Shown here: positions 62,980-64,000 of the stretch, piece after piece | Layout: each line of letters opens with the position of its first letter | Numbering within the stretch: position 1 is the stretch's first letter | Source of the DNA: Candidatus Bathyarchaeota archaeon | Lineage (GTDB): Archaea; Thermoproteota; Bathyarchaeia; Bathyarchaeales; Bathycorpusculaceae | Direction: 5' to 3' | Assembly: GCA_963733095.1 (NCBI GenBank) | Contig: CAVTBV010000013.1 | Location: 352,001-416,000 of the forward strand | DNA length: 64,000 nucleotides | Translations under genes and position numbers: made by a program | The notes under the pieces: model-generated | What the model was told of the DNA's origin: nothing | Seen by the model: only the letters and a program-made list of their open reading frames with translations | Databases searched by the model: none

Positions 62980-63380
62980 ATGTCTAGTCCTGTCCCTGTT
63001 TTGGGTAGAGATGCCCGTTTAATAAAATCCAGTGTAGCCATCGGTTATGGCAAAAGCATTAAGGTATCCGCGGATGCTGAAGAAATAAAAGTTTACAGTA
63101 TGGATTCTTTGCAGCCTGCTATCACTGCTGCTGGGAAGCAGTCTTTTAAGTGGTCCTGTGATCGCCTTTTCACCGATAAAACCTATTTGGCGCTGCTGAT
63201 GGCTGGCACCAAGTTTGATTTGGTGTTTGCTCCCGAGGGCGATGCTGAAGGCGATACGATTGAGACTTGGAAGAACTGTTCAGTATTTTGCATTGTGAGC
63301 GTTCAGCCGGCGAAGACGACGGTGTTCTGGAAAGCATCAGTGGTTCTGCTGAAACTGTAGAGTTCCCAGCTCCATCATAG
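62980..63380 (+). pseudogene. Tail tube (major tail) protein with a 1-nt frameshift
   Basis: Extra T near 63287; corrected frame continues LHCERSAGEDDGVLESISGSAETVEFPAPS* to TAG 63378-63380, next to the following RBS. Confidence 0.6.
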
Positions 63381-63386
63381 GAGAAA

Positions 63387-63980
63387 TTGTTCTTGTCTGA
63401 AAAGAAGATGAGTTCTGCTGCAGCTGCCAAGTTGCCTGAGAATGAGGCAAAAATTGCAGAGTTTAAGAGGCGTGCTGAAGCTGACGATGCCCGAAATGAA
63501 GCAGTTGCTAAGCTATTCGATCCTGTTGCATTGCTGCAGCGAGCTGGCCAAATCCATGAAGCTCAACATCCAACTTTGGGCTTGATTCGTTATGGTGAGT
63601 TGGTGATCGCTGACTCGGAAATCATCAATAAATGCAAAAACAAAGCAGATCGCAACGCCATGAGCATCTACTTGATGCTGAAAAAAGCCTATTCTAACCT
63701 ACCTGATTATACCCCTGAGAATATTAGCGAATTTAACTGTTCTTTTCCAATGTTGGAAGCTTCAGAACTGATAAAATTCCTAAATGAACAGCCGGGTTTT
63801 TTGTTAACCAAATCGCCAACTGGATCAAGCACAGACTCAGATGCCGAAAACATCGGTTTAATTCTCTCTACTTTTCCCCAATTCAATTTCAGTAGCTTGC
63901 GGGAGCTCACAGTTTTTCAGTTTAACTATTTGGTCGCCTGGGCAAGACTGCATCAGGTTAAGGTGAGGCAGATTGGCTGA
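63387..63980 (+). CDS. Putative tail assembly chaperone
   Basis: Lies between tail tube and tape measure; slippery heptamer G GGT TTT at 63794-63800. Confidence 0.6.
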   Translation: MFLSEKKMSSAAAAKLPENEAKIAEFKRRAEADDARNEAVAKLFDPVALLQRAGQIHEAQHPTLGLIRYGELVIADSEIINKCKNKADRNAMSIYLMLKKAYSNLPDYTPENISEFNCSFPMLEASELIKFLNEQPGFLLTKSPTGSSTDSDAENIGLILSTFPQFNFSSLRELTVFQFNYLVAWARLHQVKVRQIG

Positions 63981-64000
63981 TTCTGACATAGAAATCAATC
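63973..64000 (+). CDS. Probable start of tape measure protein (cut by window)
   Basis: AGGTGAGG RBS, TTG start, (M)ADSDIEIN; inferred from gene order only. Confidence 0.4.

Larger units (their letters stand above)
45254..64000. mobile_element. Defective head-tail provirus integrated at tRNA-Asn (continues past window end)
   Basis: Integrase convergent on tRNA 3' end; capsid, neck, tail terminator, tail tube, chaperone and tape-measure-like genes in siphovirus order. Confidence 0.8.

Overview
Archaeal chromosome segment, most likely Bathyarchaeia (inferred from TFB, TiaS, archaeal AlaRS/TrmI, and three paralogous large beta-propeller surface proteins). Bases 1-45,250 are mainly core genes: asnS, a Ca-type P-ATPase, satP-acs, dnaJ/dnaK/grpE, alaS, tiaS, pyrG, trmI, two divergent radical SAM paralogs and tRNA-Asn(GTT). 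An ~8.6 kb accessory island splits dnaK from dnaJ. It holds a duplicated dnaK 3' end, an integrase remnant, a GNAT remnant, a propeller gene, a TFB and stress genes. From tRNA-Asn to the window end lies a decaying head-tail (siphovirus-like) provirus: tyrosine integrase, operator array, capsid, neck, tail genes and the probable start of a tape measure gene. An ArsR/ArsC/ferredoxin/H+-ATPase cluster sits where a replication module would be expected, and single cargo genes, mostly membrane-anchored or secreted, are interleaved between its virion genes. Two of these cargo genes share an identical promoter and a palindromic operator. No CRISPR array or rRNA was seen. All product calls come from motif recognition by eye; no database search was run.
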